Source: Spongiibacter thalassae (GTDB lineage: Bacteria; Pseudomonadota; Gammaproteobacteria; Pseudomonadales; Spongiibacteraceae). Taken from it: a DNA stretch of 24,000 nt. Below are positions 1 through 8,911 of this stretch, piece after piece (position 1 is the first letter of the stretch; every line of letters starts with the position of its first letter). The stretch covers positions 103,500-127,499 of the forward strand of contig NZ_JAAWWK010000008.1 in assembly GCF_012272835.1 (NCBI RefSeq), read 5' to 3'. Position numbers and translations under genes: made by a program. The notes beneath the pieces were generated by a model. The model was given only the letters and a program-made list of their open reading frames with translations. It was not told the DNA's origin and made no database searches.

Positions 1-2
1 AA

Positions 3-182
3 TATCCCTGTGCTTCCTGCCATAACGCCAACGCCAGGCCGTTGAAGGCCCTGCCGCAGCGCTACTCATTGGCCGAACTGGCTGATTTCTTTGTCACACC
101 AACGCCGCCCATGCCGCAATACCCCCTGGACTCGGGTGAGCGCGAGGCGCTGGCCGTTTATCTGTTTAGTCTCGCCGAGTAG
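3..182 (+). CDS. C-terminal fragment of a c-type cytochrome (5' truncated by window edge)
   Basis: Open frame from the window edge reads YPCASCHNANARPLKALPQRYSLAELADFFVTPTPPMPQYPLDSGEREALAVYLFSLAE*, with a CxxCH heme-binding motif and a Met ligand context (PPMPQYP). Confidence 0.8.
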   Translation, partial: YPCASCHNANARPLKALPQRYSLAELADFFVTPTPPMPQYPLDSGEREALAVYLFSLAE

Positions 183-387
183 CTGCGCCAAATCGGTGCG
201 CTGCGGGCTGTGTGGCTTGGTGGTGTGCACGTTGTTGGTGCTTGTTTGCAATTTACTTATTGTTTTTCAAGGATTTTTTGTCAATATTGGGTTCCTGCAT
301 AGCCCTCGTTACAGCCCTTCACTACAATAGCGGCAAATATTTTTGTCGCCGCGATTGCGGTGCCATACCCAGGCTGTAGGCATCATT

Positions 388-2088
388 ATGAAAAAGCAAA
401 AGCCCCTGTATATTTCCTATGCTGGTCCCACACTGCTGGAGACCCCGCTGCTGAATAAAGGCTCGGCCTTTACCGAAAAAGAGCGACGCAGTTTCAACCT
501 GATGGGTCTGCTACCCCCTCGCTACGAAAATATCGACGAACAGGCAGAACGCGCCTACATGCAATACCGCAGCTTTGACGAACCGATCAACAAGCATATT
601 TATCTGCGGGTCGTGCAGGACAACAATGAGACCCTGTTCTATCGCTTGCTGAACGACCACATCGACGAAATGCTGCCCATCATATACACCCCTACCGTGG
701 GTGAGGCCTGCGAGCATTTTTCCGATATCTACCGCAGTGCACGGGGGATCTTTGTCTCCTATGAAGAACGGGCCTATATGGACGATATTCTGCGCAGCGT
801 CACCAAAGACAACGTGAAAGTGCTGGTGGTGACCGATGGTGAGCGGGTGCTGGGGCTCGGTGACCAGGGCATCGGTGGCATGGGTATTCCCATCGGTAAA
901 CTGTCGCTGTATACCGCCTGTGGCGGCATTAGTCCGGCCTACACTTTGCCGGTGGTGCTCGACGTGGGCACCAATAACCGCAAGCTGCTCGACGACCCGA
1001 TGTACATGGGTATGCGCCATGAGCGTATCGGCAAACCCGACTACGACGACTTTGTTGATCAGTTCATCGATGCGGCCCAGGAGCGCTGGCCTGGGGTGTT
1101 AATCCAGTTCGAAGACTTTGCCCAACCCAACGCCATGCCAATACTGCAGCGTCACCGCGATCGGGTATGCTGCTTTAATGACGACATTCAGGGTACGGCA
1201 GCGGTCACTCTGGGCACTCTTTTGTCAGCCTGTAAAAACAAAGGCGTCGCATTGCGCGACCAAAAAGTGGTGTTTGTGGGGGCGGGGTCCGCCGGTTGCG
1301 GCATTGCTGAACAGATTATTCGAGCAATGGTTGACGAAGGGCTGAGTGATGAAGAGGCTCGCCGTCAGGTGTTTATGGTTGATCGATTTGGTCTGCTTAC
1401 CGAGGGTATGGAAAACCTCGTCGACTTTCAGCAGAAACTGGTACAGCCCGCAGCGGCCGCCGCCGATTGGCAGCGCATCGACGACACGGAATACCCAAGC
1501 CTGTTGGATGTGGTCAGCAATGTGGGGGCGGGTATTCTTATCGGTGTTTCCGGCAAACCGGGCTTGTTTACCGAAGAAGTGGTGAGAACCCTTCATCGCA
1601 GTTGCGCCAAGCCCATCATCTTGCCGCTGAGCAACCCCTCCAAACATGTCGAAGCGCGGCCAGAAGATATAATTGCCTGGACAGAGGGCGATGCGATTAT
1701 CGCCACCGGTAGCCCCTTTGCCCCTGTGGACTACAAAGGCAAACGCTATGAAATATCCCAATGTAATAACAGTTATATTTTTCCGGGTATTGGGCTGGGG
1801 GTGATTGCCGCCAAAGCCCGTCGCGTCAGCGATGAAATGTTGATGGCGGCGAGCCGTACCCTGGCGGAGCATTCGCCCATCGACAGCCAGCGACTCAATG
1901 CGGTGCTGCCGCCGCTGAAATTACTGCCGGAGCTCAGCAAGAAAATTGCCTTTGCTGTGGCCCGTGTTGCCCAGGAGCAGGGGCACGCCCGGGAAACAAC
2001 GGAAAAAGAGTTGCGCCAGGCCATAGAAAAGAACTTCTGGTTGCCGCAGTACCGGGAGTATCGCCGCACCGCCGCCCGCGCCCGCTGA
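388..2088 (+). CDS. maeA: NAD-dependent malic enzyme (malate dehydrogenase, oxaloacetate-decarboxylating)
   Basis: The ORF track starts at 343, but [28 protein letters not shown] at 388 matches the SfcA/MaeA N-terminus. Other motifs: [55 protein letters not shown]. Confidence 0.93.
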   Translation: MKKQKPLYISYAGPTLLETPLLNKGSAFTEKERRSFNLMGLLPPRYENIDEQAERAYMQYRSFDEPINKHIYLRVVQDNNETLFYRLLNDHIDEMLPIIYTPTVGEACEHFSDIYRSARGIFVSYEERAYMDDILRSVTKDNVKVLVVTDGERVLGLGDQGIGGMGIPIGKLSLYTACGGISPAYTLPVVLDVGTNNRKLLDDPMYMGMRHERIGKPDYDDFVDQFIDAAQERWPGVLIQFEDFAQPNAMPILQRHRDRVCCFNDDIQGTAAVTLGTLLSACKNKGVALRDQKVVFVGAGSAGCGIAEQIIRAMVDEGLSDEEARRQVFMVDRFGLLTEGMENLVDFQQKLVQPAAAAADWQRIDDTEYPSLLDVVSNVGAGILIGVSGKPGLFTEEVVRTLHRSCAKPIILPLSNPSKHVEARPEDIIAWTEGDAIIATGSPFAPVDYKGKRYEISQCNNSYIFPGIGLGVIAAKARRVSDEMLMAASRTLAEHSPIDSQRLNAVLPPLKLLPELSKKIAFAVARVAQEQGHARETTEKELRQAIEKNFWLPQYREYRRTAARAR

Positions 2089-2107
2089 GCTGATCTCGTC
2101 GGTATGT

Positions 2108-2138
2108 GGTATTCCGCCATCGCGGGTGGCGGCATACC
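2108..2138 (+). promoter_or_regulatory. Intergenic hairpin between malic enzyme and LLM-class oxidoreductase genes
   Basis: GGTATtCCGCCA-tcgcggg-TGGCGGcATACC, an inverted repeat with one mismatch and no clear T-tract. Confidence 0.4.
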
Positions 2139-2176
2139 GTGGTGGACACCGAATAAGATCTACTTGAGGTGTCCCC

Positions 2177-3031
2177 ATGCACTTAGGCTTCACGTCCATG
2201 AATACGGCCAGCGACCCCGATCCGGCGGTGCTGGCCAAAGTGCTGGAACAGGCGGGCTTTGAATCCCTCTGGTTTGGCGAACACAGCCATATTCCCCGCT
2301 GTCGCACTACCCCCTACCCACCGGGAGGAGAGCTGCCCGGCCCCTATCGTCAAATGATGGACCCCTATATCTCGCTGATGGCCGCGGCGGCGGCAACGAC
2401 AACCCTGAAATTGGGCACCGGCATTGCGCTGCTAATGGAAAGGGAACTGATTTCCCAGGCCAAAACCATAGTCACTCTGGAGCGATTGTCGGGCAGTCGG
2501 CTGTTGATCGGCACGGGAGTGGGTTGGAATCGGGAGGAATTTGAGAACGTCTCAGATCTGCCCTGGCAGCGCCGATATAGCGCACTGCGGGAAACAGTGG
2601 CGGCGACTCGCACCCTGTTTCGTGAGGCCTCGGCGGAGTTTCACGGTGAATATATCAATTTTGATCCAGTCTGGTTTGAGCCCAAGCCGCTGGCGAAGGT
2701 GCCGGTGATTTTCGGGGCAATGGGGCCGGTGGGTATGCGTCATGCCGCCGAGTGGGCCGATGGTTGGATGCCGGTAGATGTCGCGCTGGGCGATGTAAAG
2801 GAAAGCATTGCCGGATTTCACCGCTTGCTTGAGGAGTTTGGTCGCCGGCCGGAGGATGTGGAAATCACCCTGGTCATCATGGGAGAACTCAGTGCCGATC
2901 TGCTTAAGTACTACCGCGATTGCGGTGTTAGCCGCTGCAATGTTGGCGTGAGCATGGAAAACTGGGAAAAGCCCGAGCTTATCATGCCGTTGATAGAAGA
3001 ATATTCAGCGGTGATTGAACAGCTGCGCTAG
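2177..3031 (+). CDS. LLM-class (luciferase-like, F420/FMN-type) oxidoreductase
   Basis: MHLGFTSMN...ESLWFGEHSHIP...LKLGTGIALLMERELISQAKTIVTLERLSGSRLLIGTGVGWNREEFEN is typical of the luciferase-like monooxygenase family. Confidence 0.88.
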   Translation: MHLGFTSMNTASDPDPAVLAKVLEQAGFESLWFGEHSHIPRCRTTPYPPGGELPGPYRQMMDPYISLMAAAAATTTLKLGTGIALLMERELISQAKTIVTLERLSGSRLLIGTGVGWNREEFENVSDLPWQRRYSALRETVAATRTLFREASAEFHGEYINFDPVWFEPKPLAKVPVIFGAMGPVGMRHAAEWADGWMPVDVALGDVKESIAGFHRLLEEFGRRPEDVEITLVIMGELSADLLKYYRDCGVSRCNVGVSMENWEKPELIMPLIEEYSAVIEQLR

Positions 3032-3070
3032 TGGTTGTTGGTATAAAACGGGCTGGCATTGCCAGGAACA

Positions 3071-3102
3071 AAAAAAGGCAAGCCGAGACGGCTTGCCTTT
3101 TT
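3071..3102. terminator. Bidirectional rho-independent terminator between converging genes
   Basis: AAAAAAGGCAAGCC-gagac-GGCTTGCCTTTTT lies between the + strand oxidoreductase and the - strand cold-shock gene. Confidence 0.88.
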
Positions 3103-3120
3103 GCGGTATACCTCGGGCGA

Positions 3121-3330
3121 TTAGATCGCGACGATGTTTTCCGCCTGTGGGCCTTTTTGGCCCTGAGTAACATTGAACTCAACCAGCTGGCCTTCAGTCA
3201 GGGTTTTGAACCCGGAGCTGACAATGGCGCTGAAATGCGCAAAAACATCGGGGCCGGATTTTTGCTCAATAAAACCGAAGCCTTTAGATTCGTTGAACCA
3301 TTTTACTGTGCCAGTCGTTGCATTAGACAT
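3121..3330 (-). CDS. Cold-shock domain protein (CspA family)
   Basis: [69 protein letters not shown] contains the RNP1-like KGFGFI and VFAHF motifs. Confidence 0.95.
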   Translation of the reverse strand: MSNATTGTVKWFNESKGFGFIEQKSGPDVFAHFSAIVSSGFKTLTEGQLVEFNVTQGQKGPQAENIVAI

Positions 3331-3721
3331 AAGAGAATATCCTGTAGATAAAGCATAAGAGTGCCTTCATGGGGCATGAATAGCGGGAAAAGGAGACTGA
3401 TATTTAGAAACTACAGGACGAAGAATAAAACGCGACGAAATGGAGAGTATAAAAATGAGGCTTAATTTCAAGCTGGAGCCAGAGTATAGGCCGCTGGGTG
3501 TGAAGTCAATGTAAATCTCGTAATGGCGAGGAGCCTGGCGGCCTGCCAATGACTTCGCGGTCGCAGGCGGGGTTGAAAACGCAGAAAACCGTTTTTTTGA
3601 TTTGCGCTCGAGCCTGTAGAGCCTGTAAATAAAATAAAACGCTGTAAACCGCCTGTCCGTGATTGCCGTTGAGTTGAGCCTTTGGCAACTGTTCATTGGC
3701 CCAGGGGCGTTGGATAGTTTT

Positions 3722-4378
3722 TTACTTTTTTCCGGCGCTTTGTTGTATTGCCAGTGCGCCGCGAATAATCATCTTGACCATGGTGGTTGCTTCGTCGATA
3801 AGTTGGGCGCGGTCCTCCGGAGCCAGGCGGTCTGCCGAGGCGCCAAGGGAAAATACCAGCCGTGAAATCGCCTTTGCGACCAGTTCGGGTTTGTGCATTT
3901 GAACGCCGTCGCGCTCACCCCGTCGTACCAGCTCGTCACAAAGCTCTTGCTCGAAGTAGGTCAGTTCGCGCTCTACTGCCTGCCGAAAGGCCGCCGAACC
4001 CAGCGACATCTCGCGCAGCAGTATCTGCAGGTAGCGACTGTCGTCATCCAGGGCTTCCATAAACACTTCGATCGAAGTGCGTACGCCTCCCTGGGTGTCT
4101 TTCAAACGCTGCCTCGCCTCGCGAATCATGCCCCGCAGTCCTCGTCCCGCTTGATCTATCAGAGCAACCGCCAACTCGTCTACATCACGGAAATGCCGGT
4201 AAAAACTATTGGGTGCGATATCGGCTGCCCGCGCTATCTCCCTCAGGCTGAGGCTGGAAACACTGCGATTGCCGTCGAGAAGGCTCACGGCGGCCTGCAT
4301 CAACTCATGCTCTGTAATAGGGGCTTTACGGCTCGACTTGCTGCCATCGCCTTCTTTTCGTTTGCGCGTCAGGGGCAT
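3722..4378 (-). CDS. fabR: TetR-family transcriptional regulator, FabR/DesT-like
   Basis: The ORF extends to 4495, but MPLTRKRKEG at 4378 is the likely start. SLREIARAADIAPNSFYRHFRDVDELAVALIDQAGRGLRGMIREARQRL closely resembles FabR, and the gene is divergent from a desaturase operon. Confidence 0.8.
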   Translation of the reverse strand: MPLTRKRKEGDGSKSSRKAPITEHELMQAAVSLLDGNRSVSSLSLREIARAADIAPNSFYRHFRDVDELAVALIDQAGRGLRGMIREARQRLKDTQGGVRTSIEVFMEALDDDSRYLQILLREMSLGSAAFRQAVERELTYFEQELCDELVRRGERDGVQMHKPELVAKAISRLVFSLGASADRLAPEDRAQLIDEATTMVKMIIRGALAIQQSAGKK

Positions 4379-4446
4379 GAATACGGGTATCCGGCTGGGA
4401 AATAAGAGGCAAACTACCTGAATGGAGGAGTGCTGTAAATACGTAT

Positions 4447-4491
4447 GTATATACAAGTGTATTGACGGTCGTATATACAAGTGTATATAGT
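4447..4491 (+). promoter_or_regulatory. Operator-like direct repeats overlapping a sigma70-like promoter
   Basis: gtatatacaagtgtat occurs at 4447-4462 and 4471-4486. Each contains the palindrome ATACA-AG-TGTAT. TTGACG (4462-4467) and TATATA (4484-4489) are 16 bp apart. Confidence 0.55.
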
Positions 4492-4521
4492 GCATCGAAA
4501 TCCCATCTATGGATACCTGCC

Positions 4522-5223
4522 ATGAGCAACGCGATGCCCGCAGACAGAAAGTATTTCCCGAGGCTGCTGAATGCAGTGGTCAACCCCGATCAGTTTGATT
4601 TCTGGGCCCGTCAGTTCGGCAGCGTGGCCGCCTGGCAGCGCTGCTTTGCACGTGTTGCTGCGGTGAAAAAGGAGGAGGGTGGTGTCGTGGTGACCCTGCG
4701 GCCCAATCGCCACTTTCGGGAGTTTGGCGATACCGGCCGCTGCGCTGTAAGCGTCGAAATTGATGGGCGGAAACGATCCGAGGCGTACGCGGCCGAGATC
4801 AAGCCAGATAGGCGAGAGCTTGATATCCGGGTTGTGGCAAATACAAACAATGCTGTCAGCCGATATTTACGGAATACCTTGAAAGTGGGTGATGTGGTTG
4901 AGCTTTCCGAGGGCGCTGCTACCGCGTCCGAACTTTGTCATGGTGAACAGGAGAATGCTGCTGACGATACCGCTGTGGTGATCTTGCGCGCCAGTGATCG
5001 ACGCGTGCGCATCCCACGAAATATTTCCATTCTTGAGGCCCTTGAAGCCGAGGGGATTACGCCTAAATTTGGCTGCCGTCGCGGAGTTTGTAATCGGTGC
5101 AGCTGCATCCGACTAGGCGGAACAACCGCAGATATTGCCTCGGGGTCGGAAAGCGATGTGTCGGGGCAGCCTGTTAGGATTTGCGTCAGTCACGCTGTGG
5201 GCGACATTGAACTCGATCTATAA
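4522..5223 (+). CDS. Ferredoxin-reductase-like protein with C-terminal 2Fe-2S ferredoxin domain, apparently lacking the NAD(P)-binding domain
   Basis: Likely start MSNAMPADRKYF at 4522. N-terminal FAD-binding-fold-like segment (VVTLRPNRHFREFGDTGRCAVSVEIDGRKRSEAYAAEI...NNAVSRYLRNTLKVGDVVEL) is followed almost directly by a plant-type 2Fe-2S motif (CRRGVCNRC...C). Confidence 0.7.
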   Translation: MSNAMPADRKYFPRLLNAVVNPDQFDFWARQFGSVAAWQRCFARVAAVKKEEGGVVVTLRPNRHFREFGDTGRCAVSVEIDGRKRSEAYAAEIKPDRRELDIRVVANTNNAVSRYLRNTLKVGDVVELSEGAATASELCHGEQENAADDTAVVILRASDRRVRIPRNISILEALEAEGITPKFGCRRGVCNRCSCIRLGGTTADIASGSESDVSGQPVRICVSHAVGDIELDL

Positions 5224-5263
5224 ATAATCCCGCTTGAATTCTATCCACCCAGAGAAATTTCCC

Positions 5264-6355
5264 ATGACCTCATTATCTAACAAGTCTCTTAATGCGCAAG
5301 AGCTGGCCGATTTCGGCGCTGAACTTGATGCGCTCAAGCTCAAACACCTGAATGAAGTGGGTGCTGTCGATGCCCGCTATATCAAACGCATCGTAGCCGC
5401 TGTGCGATATAGCGAAGCACTGGGGCGCGGCTTCCTGTTTCTCAGCTTTATTCCGCCCTTTTGGTTGTTGGGTACATTACTGCTGGCTCTGTCCAAAATT
5501 CTGGAGAATATGGAACTGGGCCATAACGTCATGCATGGCCAGTATGACTTTATGAACGAGCCTTCCCTGCGTGGCGAAAGCTATGAGTGGGACATTGTGG
5601 GGACCAGCGAAAACTGGCGCCATAGTCACAATTACCGCCACCATACCTACACGAATATCAAAGGTCTCGACGACGATGTGGGCTACGGCATGCTGCGTCT
5701 TTTTCCGGAGCAGCGTTGGTCGCCCCTATATATACCCCAGGCTTTATACGCCTTGCTGTTGGCATTGTTATTCCAGTGGGGCGTGGCCGTGCAGGAGCTT
5801 CAATTGGGTAAAGTCGTTAAAGGTCGCAAGTCCAGGGCTCAGCTGAAAGAGGAATTGAAGCCCATGTTAAAAAAGGTGAATCGACAGCTGTTGAAGGATT
5901 ATCTGATATTTCCGCTGTTATCCGGCCCACTGTTTTTCAGTGTGATGGCGGGTAATTTTGTCGCCAATATCCTGCGCAATCTGTGGACCTTCATGATTAT
6001 CTTCTGTGGTCATTTTACCGCCGACGCAGAAGTCTTTCCCAAGTCAGTGATAAAGGATGAACTGCCGGGGCATTGGTACCTGAGACAGTTGCGCGGCTCA
6101 TCGAATCTGACTGGCGGCAAGTGGTTTCACATCCTCTCCGGTAACCTGAGCCACCAAATTGAACACCACCTTTTTCCGACAGTACCGGCATGGCGATATG
6201 CGCAAATGAGCACAGAGGTTCAGGCCATCTGCGAGCGATACGGCCAGAACTACAACTCCGGCTCGCTGGTGAGTCAGTTTGGGCAGGTGGTGTGGCGTAT
6301 TCTTCGGCACGCCTTTCCCTCGTCTCCCGAAGGTGCTGTGCAGGTGGGTAGATAG
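5264..6355 (+). CDS. Membrane fatty acid / acyl desaturase
   Basis: Likely ATG at 5264 (MTSLSNKSLNAQ). Three histidine boxes are present: HNVMHG, HSHNYRHH and HQIEHH, with hydrophobic segments between them. Confidence 0.9.
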   Translation: MTSLSNKSLNAQELADFGAELDALKLKHLNEVGAVDARYIKRIVAAVRYSEALGRGFLFLSFIPPFWLLGTLLLALSKILENMELGHNVMHGQYDFMNEPSLRGESYEWDIVGTSENWRHSHNYRHHTYTNIKGLDDDVGYGMLRLFPEQRWSPLYIPQALYALLLALLFQWGVAVQELQLGKVVKGRKSRAQLKEELKPMLKKVNRQLLKDYLIFPLLSGPLFFSVMAGNFVANILRNLWTFMIIFCGHFTADAEVFPKSVIKDELPGHWYLRQLRGSSNLTGGKWFHILSGNLSHQIEHHLFPTVPAWRYAQMSTEVQAICERYGQNYNSGSLVSQFGQVVWRILRHAFPSSPEGAVQVGR

Positions 6356-6613
6356 CAGAAGTTCGTTTGGGCGCGGCGATGTTTGAATAAGTCGCGCATC
6401 GGGGTCTCTCCCAAAAGCAGAGTGGGCCTTGATTGCGCGGGCATCTTGGCTTGGTGACTCGCTATATTTTTGTAATGGCGTCTTCGGGGGCTGTGCATCT
6501 TGATGGAAATGTTCTTGTGGCGGGCGTAAAGTTTCAGAAGCACTGTGAAAAAACTAGAGAGGCAATGGCATAACCGAGGGCTTTCAAAACAAAATGGAAC
6601 CAAGCGGGCAATT

Positions 6614-6651
6614 TAATGGTGGATCGACAAGGCGTGTCGATTCACCCATTA
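6614..6651. repeat. Strong imperfect inverted repeat in the non-coding left flank of the cassette array
   Basis: TAATGG-TGGATCGACA-aggcg-TGTCGATTCACCCATTA has about 16-17 nt arms. Confidence 0.6.
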
Positions 6652-6801
6652 CATGACCAGGTATTTCACCCATAAGATGGCCAAAGGAGCGAATTTCAGG
6701 TCGCATTTTGGGCTATTTGTAACGGCATTTGACTTGTAAGTTGACCCTATAATGACCGGAGAATACGCAAGGCGGACGGTCACCGAGGAGAAATTCTACA
6801 G

Positions 6802-6870
6802 CCTCAACGCCGCGCTCTGCGGCAAATTTGAAGCGTAGCTGAGAATTTGTCCGACAGCAGCGCATTTATA
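6802..6870 (-). other. Degenerate attC (59-base-element-like) site, attC0
   Basis: Plus strand: CCTCAACGCCGCGCTCTGCGGCAAATTTGAAGCGTAGCTGAG...GTCCGACAGCAGCGCATTTATAT. It is 69 bp, the same length as attC1, and shares AACGCC, GCTC-GCGG, GAAGCGTAGC and CAGC. One core reads TTTATAT instead of GTTATAT. Confidence 0.6.
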
Positions 6871-6875
6871 TGGTG

Positions 6876-7805
6876 TCAGTATTGGCACTCCCATCCTCTT
6901 ACCAGCCCTGTCTCATCAAATTCGACGAGCAATTCTTTCGACAAATTAGCTCTCCGTCTTGCCTCTCTCGATATCAAATCGAAATCATTAGAAGTTCTAA
7001 ATGCGCGAACACTACTTCCTCTATACTCTTTCCACTTATTATCAACAAACTTGATAGTTCTAAATTCAATATCGTTGGCGTTTAGCTTTACGCCATTCCT
7101 AACAAAGTCGTCATCATTTTCTAGTAGTTTATGAATTGCTTTTGAGAGTAACGCATCAAATGAAATTGCTATAGCGAACGCCTCTTTCACAAATTGTTTA
7201 ATATCTGTCGGCGGTGTATCTGCACCAGCAACATGGGCCGCCTTGTGCCTTCTCAGCGATGCGCTCTTAAATATTTCAGCCAACGATAATGTTGCAGTCA
7301 ACCCTAGATTAGATGAAATTTGGGACATTTGGCGCCACGGGTCTTCAACGTTAAAAGACTTCAGAATATCTCCTATTATTGTATTGCTTATATTGGCTTG
7401 AGAATGAGCAAATGTATGGCTAGACAATTCATAGTTTGGAGTTGCTGTGGAGGAAATTTTAAGAGCATGATCTTGAATATAAGCGGGCCTATCGTCTTTA
7501 TCCAACAGGCTCAACTGGTAATTCAATGCTGAAAGCACCTCGTACGTTGCCGCTCTTTGTAGTTTCTCTGGCAGCTCGGCAAATGCGATGGTACACCTGC
7601 TGACTTCTTCCATAGCTTCTGAAGATCGCTTTTTAATATAATCTTCTAAAGATGCAAAGCTCACTACCGCAAGTCCGTTTCTGAGCATTCTCGCAATTGA
7701 ATTATGCTCTCTCTCAGTTAATGCTCTGTTCTGAACAGCATCTGTTTCAATTGAAGCGTCAAGGCACCTGATACGCTCAATAAAATCTGTTTTTGCTGAG
7801 GGCAT
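6876..7805 (-). CDS. HEPN-like protein, candidate RNase; second gene of the two-gene cassette
   Basis: ATG at 7805 (MPSAKTDFIERI) is preceded by GAGG six nt upstream. The 7826 start in the track would be a TTG. LRRHKAAHVAGADTPPTDIKQFVKEAF carries an R[HND]xxxH motif in a helical context. Confidence 0.65.
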   Translation of the reverse strand: MPSAKTDFIERIRCLDASIETDAVQNRALTEREHNSIARMLRNGLAVVSFASLEDYIKKRSSEAMEEVSRCTIAFAELPEKLQRAATYEVLSALNYQLSLLDKDDRPAYIQDHALKISSTATPNYELSSHTFAHSQANISNTIIGDILKSFNVEDPWRQMSQISSNLGLTATLSLAEIFKSASLRRHKAAHVAGADTPPTDIKQFVKEAFAIAISFDALLSKAIHKLLENDDDFVRNGVKLNANDIEFRTIKFVDNKWKEYRGSSVRAFRTSNDFDLISREARRRANLSKELLVEFDETGLVRGWECQY

Positions 7806-7806
7806 A

Positions 7807-8865
7807 TCAAACCTCAACAGATTCAAGCATATTTTTTAGCTTTAATACTCGATTTCTAATCGCTAGTGTGTCGCCTGTAGCTTGTGTCACAGCTTTATGA
7901 AACTCAGGATCATTTTCATATAAATCTCTAGTTGCAGATAGAACGGCATCTTGCGCGCCTTCTAACTCCTGAACCCTACCCGAATCTAAAAGAGAAACTG
8001 CTACCATTTGGGCATCAAAGAGTGGTGCAATAAGTTGTTCTCTCCAGCCATTATTCAATGGCTTTTGGAACGAGAAATCCCCCCAAAGCTTCTGGCAACG
8101 TTCTATCGAATATAGAAAAATCTCCCTCAGCTCATTGACTTCTGTGTGCTGGTTTTCTGCCATAAAGTCATCCATTGCCACGGATATCTTTTTACCAAAA
8201 TTCTCCCATCTACTACGAATTGTGAAGAACCTTAGAACTAGCTCTAGATCATCCATACTCCTATAAGCGGCTGATTTATTTGAAGTTATCTTTAACTTTT
8301 TTCTTAAAAACTCATTTTCGGACAACTCAAAAAGCAAGTCATTTAATGGTCCTGCGAACGCAACATTTCTTACCTCTTGAGCTTTCAAATTCTCGCCACC
8401 AGTATTAAGTCTCAAGAAAACCTCATATTTTAATTCTGGATCAGATTGTTTGAGCAGCGTTATTACACGCATAAATGGTCTAATAGAAAGCGCCCTCTTT
8501 AATTGAGAAGGCAGCTGCTCAAATGTAAATCCGTTTAGCTCTTGAACTTCTTTCAAATCCTTCAACTTGAATTTTCCAGATAGAAACTCGTAAATGGCTG
8601 TTATTCTTTGTTTGCCATCGATAACCGTATAAGTGCCATATTCATCTTCTGAGAGATAGACAGGTGGGACGGGTATATTTAGGAGAAATGACTCAATTAA
8701 TGCGGACTGTTTTTCGACGTGCCAGCGATCCCTTCTTTGATAATGGGGAGTTATATCTATTGACTCTAACTTAACCATATCCGCTATTGCCGAAAGTGAG
8801 AAATCAGATTGTTGAGTAACGAGGCTTTCCTGTGCTCTGGCGAATTTATCTAGTATTTCTTTCAT
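7807..8865 (-). CDS. DUF262-domain protein (ParB/Srx-like, GmrS N-terminal-like)
   Basis: NIPVPPVYLSEDEYGTYTVIDGKQRITAIYEFLSGKFKL contains a DG(Q/K)QR(L/I)T motif. Followed by KAQEVRNVAFAGPLNDLLFEL. Confidence 0.85.
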   Translation of the reverse strand: MKEILDKFARAQESLVTQQSDFSLSAIADMVKLESIDITPHYQRRDRWHVEKQSALIESFLLNIPVPPVYLSEDEYGTYTVIDGKQRITAIYEFLSGKFKLKDLKEVQELNGFTFEQLPSQLKRALSIRPFMRVITLLKQSDPELKYEVFLRLNTGGENLKAQEVRNVAFAGPLNDLLFELSENEFLRKKLKITSNKSAAYRSMDDLELVLRFFTIRSRWENFGKKISVAMDDFMAENQHTEVNELREIFLYSIERCQKLWGDFSFQKPLNNGWREQLIAPLFDAQMVAVSLLDSGRVQELEGAQDAVLSATRDLYENDPEFHKAVTQATGDTLAIRNRVLKLKNMLESVEV

Positions 8866-8892
8866 TTCATATCCAAATTTTCAATCTGACTT

Positions 8893-8904
8893 GTTGATAT
8901 CAAC
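8893..8904. promoter_or_regulatory. Perfect 12-bp palindrome in the leader of the DUF262-HEPN cassette
   Basis: GTTGATATCAAC lies between the cassette boundary (8918) and the DUF262 start (8865). Confidence 0.4.
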
Positions 8905-8911
8905 CATATCC

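Noticed and set aside
511-1872. Antisense ORFs (169 and 215 aa) opposite the malic enzyme gene
   Set aside because: Shadow frames with His/Gln-rich non-protein-like sequence opposite a conserved enzyme.
3367-3696. 109-aa minus-strand ORF and overlapping small plus-strand ORFs between the cold-shock and regulator genes
   Set aside because: No recognisable motif, and several mutually overlapping short frames occur in all directions.
6274-6603. Minus-strand ORF of 109 aa overlapping the end of the desaturase gene
   Set aside because: It overlaps a well-supported gene and its composition does not look protein-like (MVPFCFESPRLCHCLSSFF...).
6360-7000. Search for a duplicated tRNA-Leu 3' end (attL/attR of a genomic island) at the left edge
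   Set aside because: No copy of TGGTGCCCAGGAGAGGACTTGAACC or a clear part of it was seen, so a simple tRNA-targeted island spanning the array is not supported.
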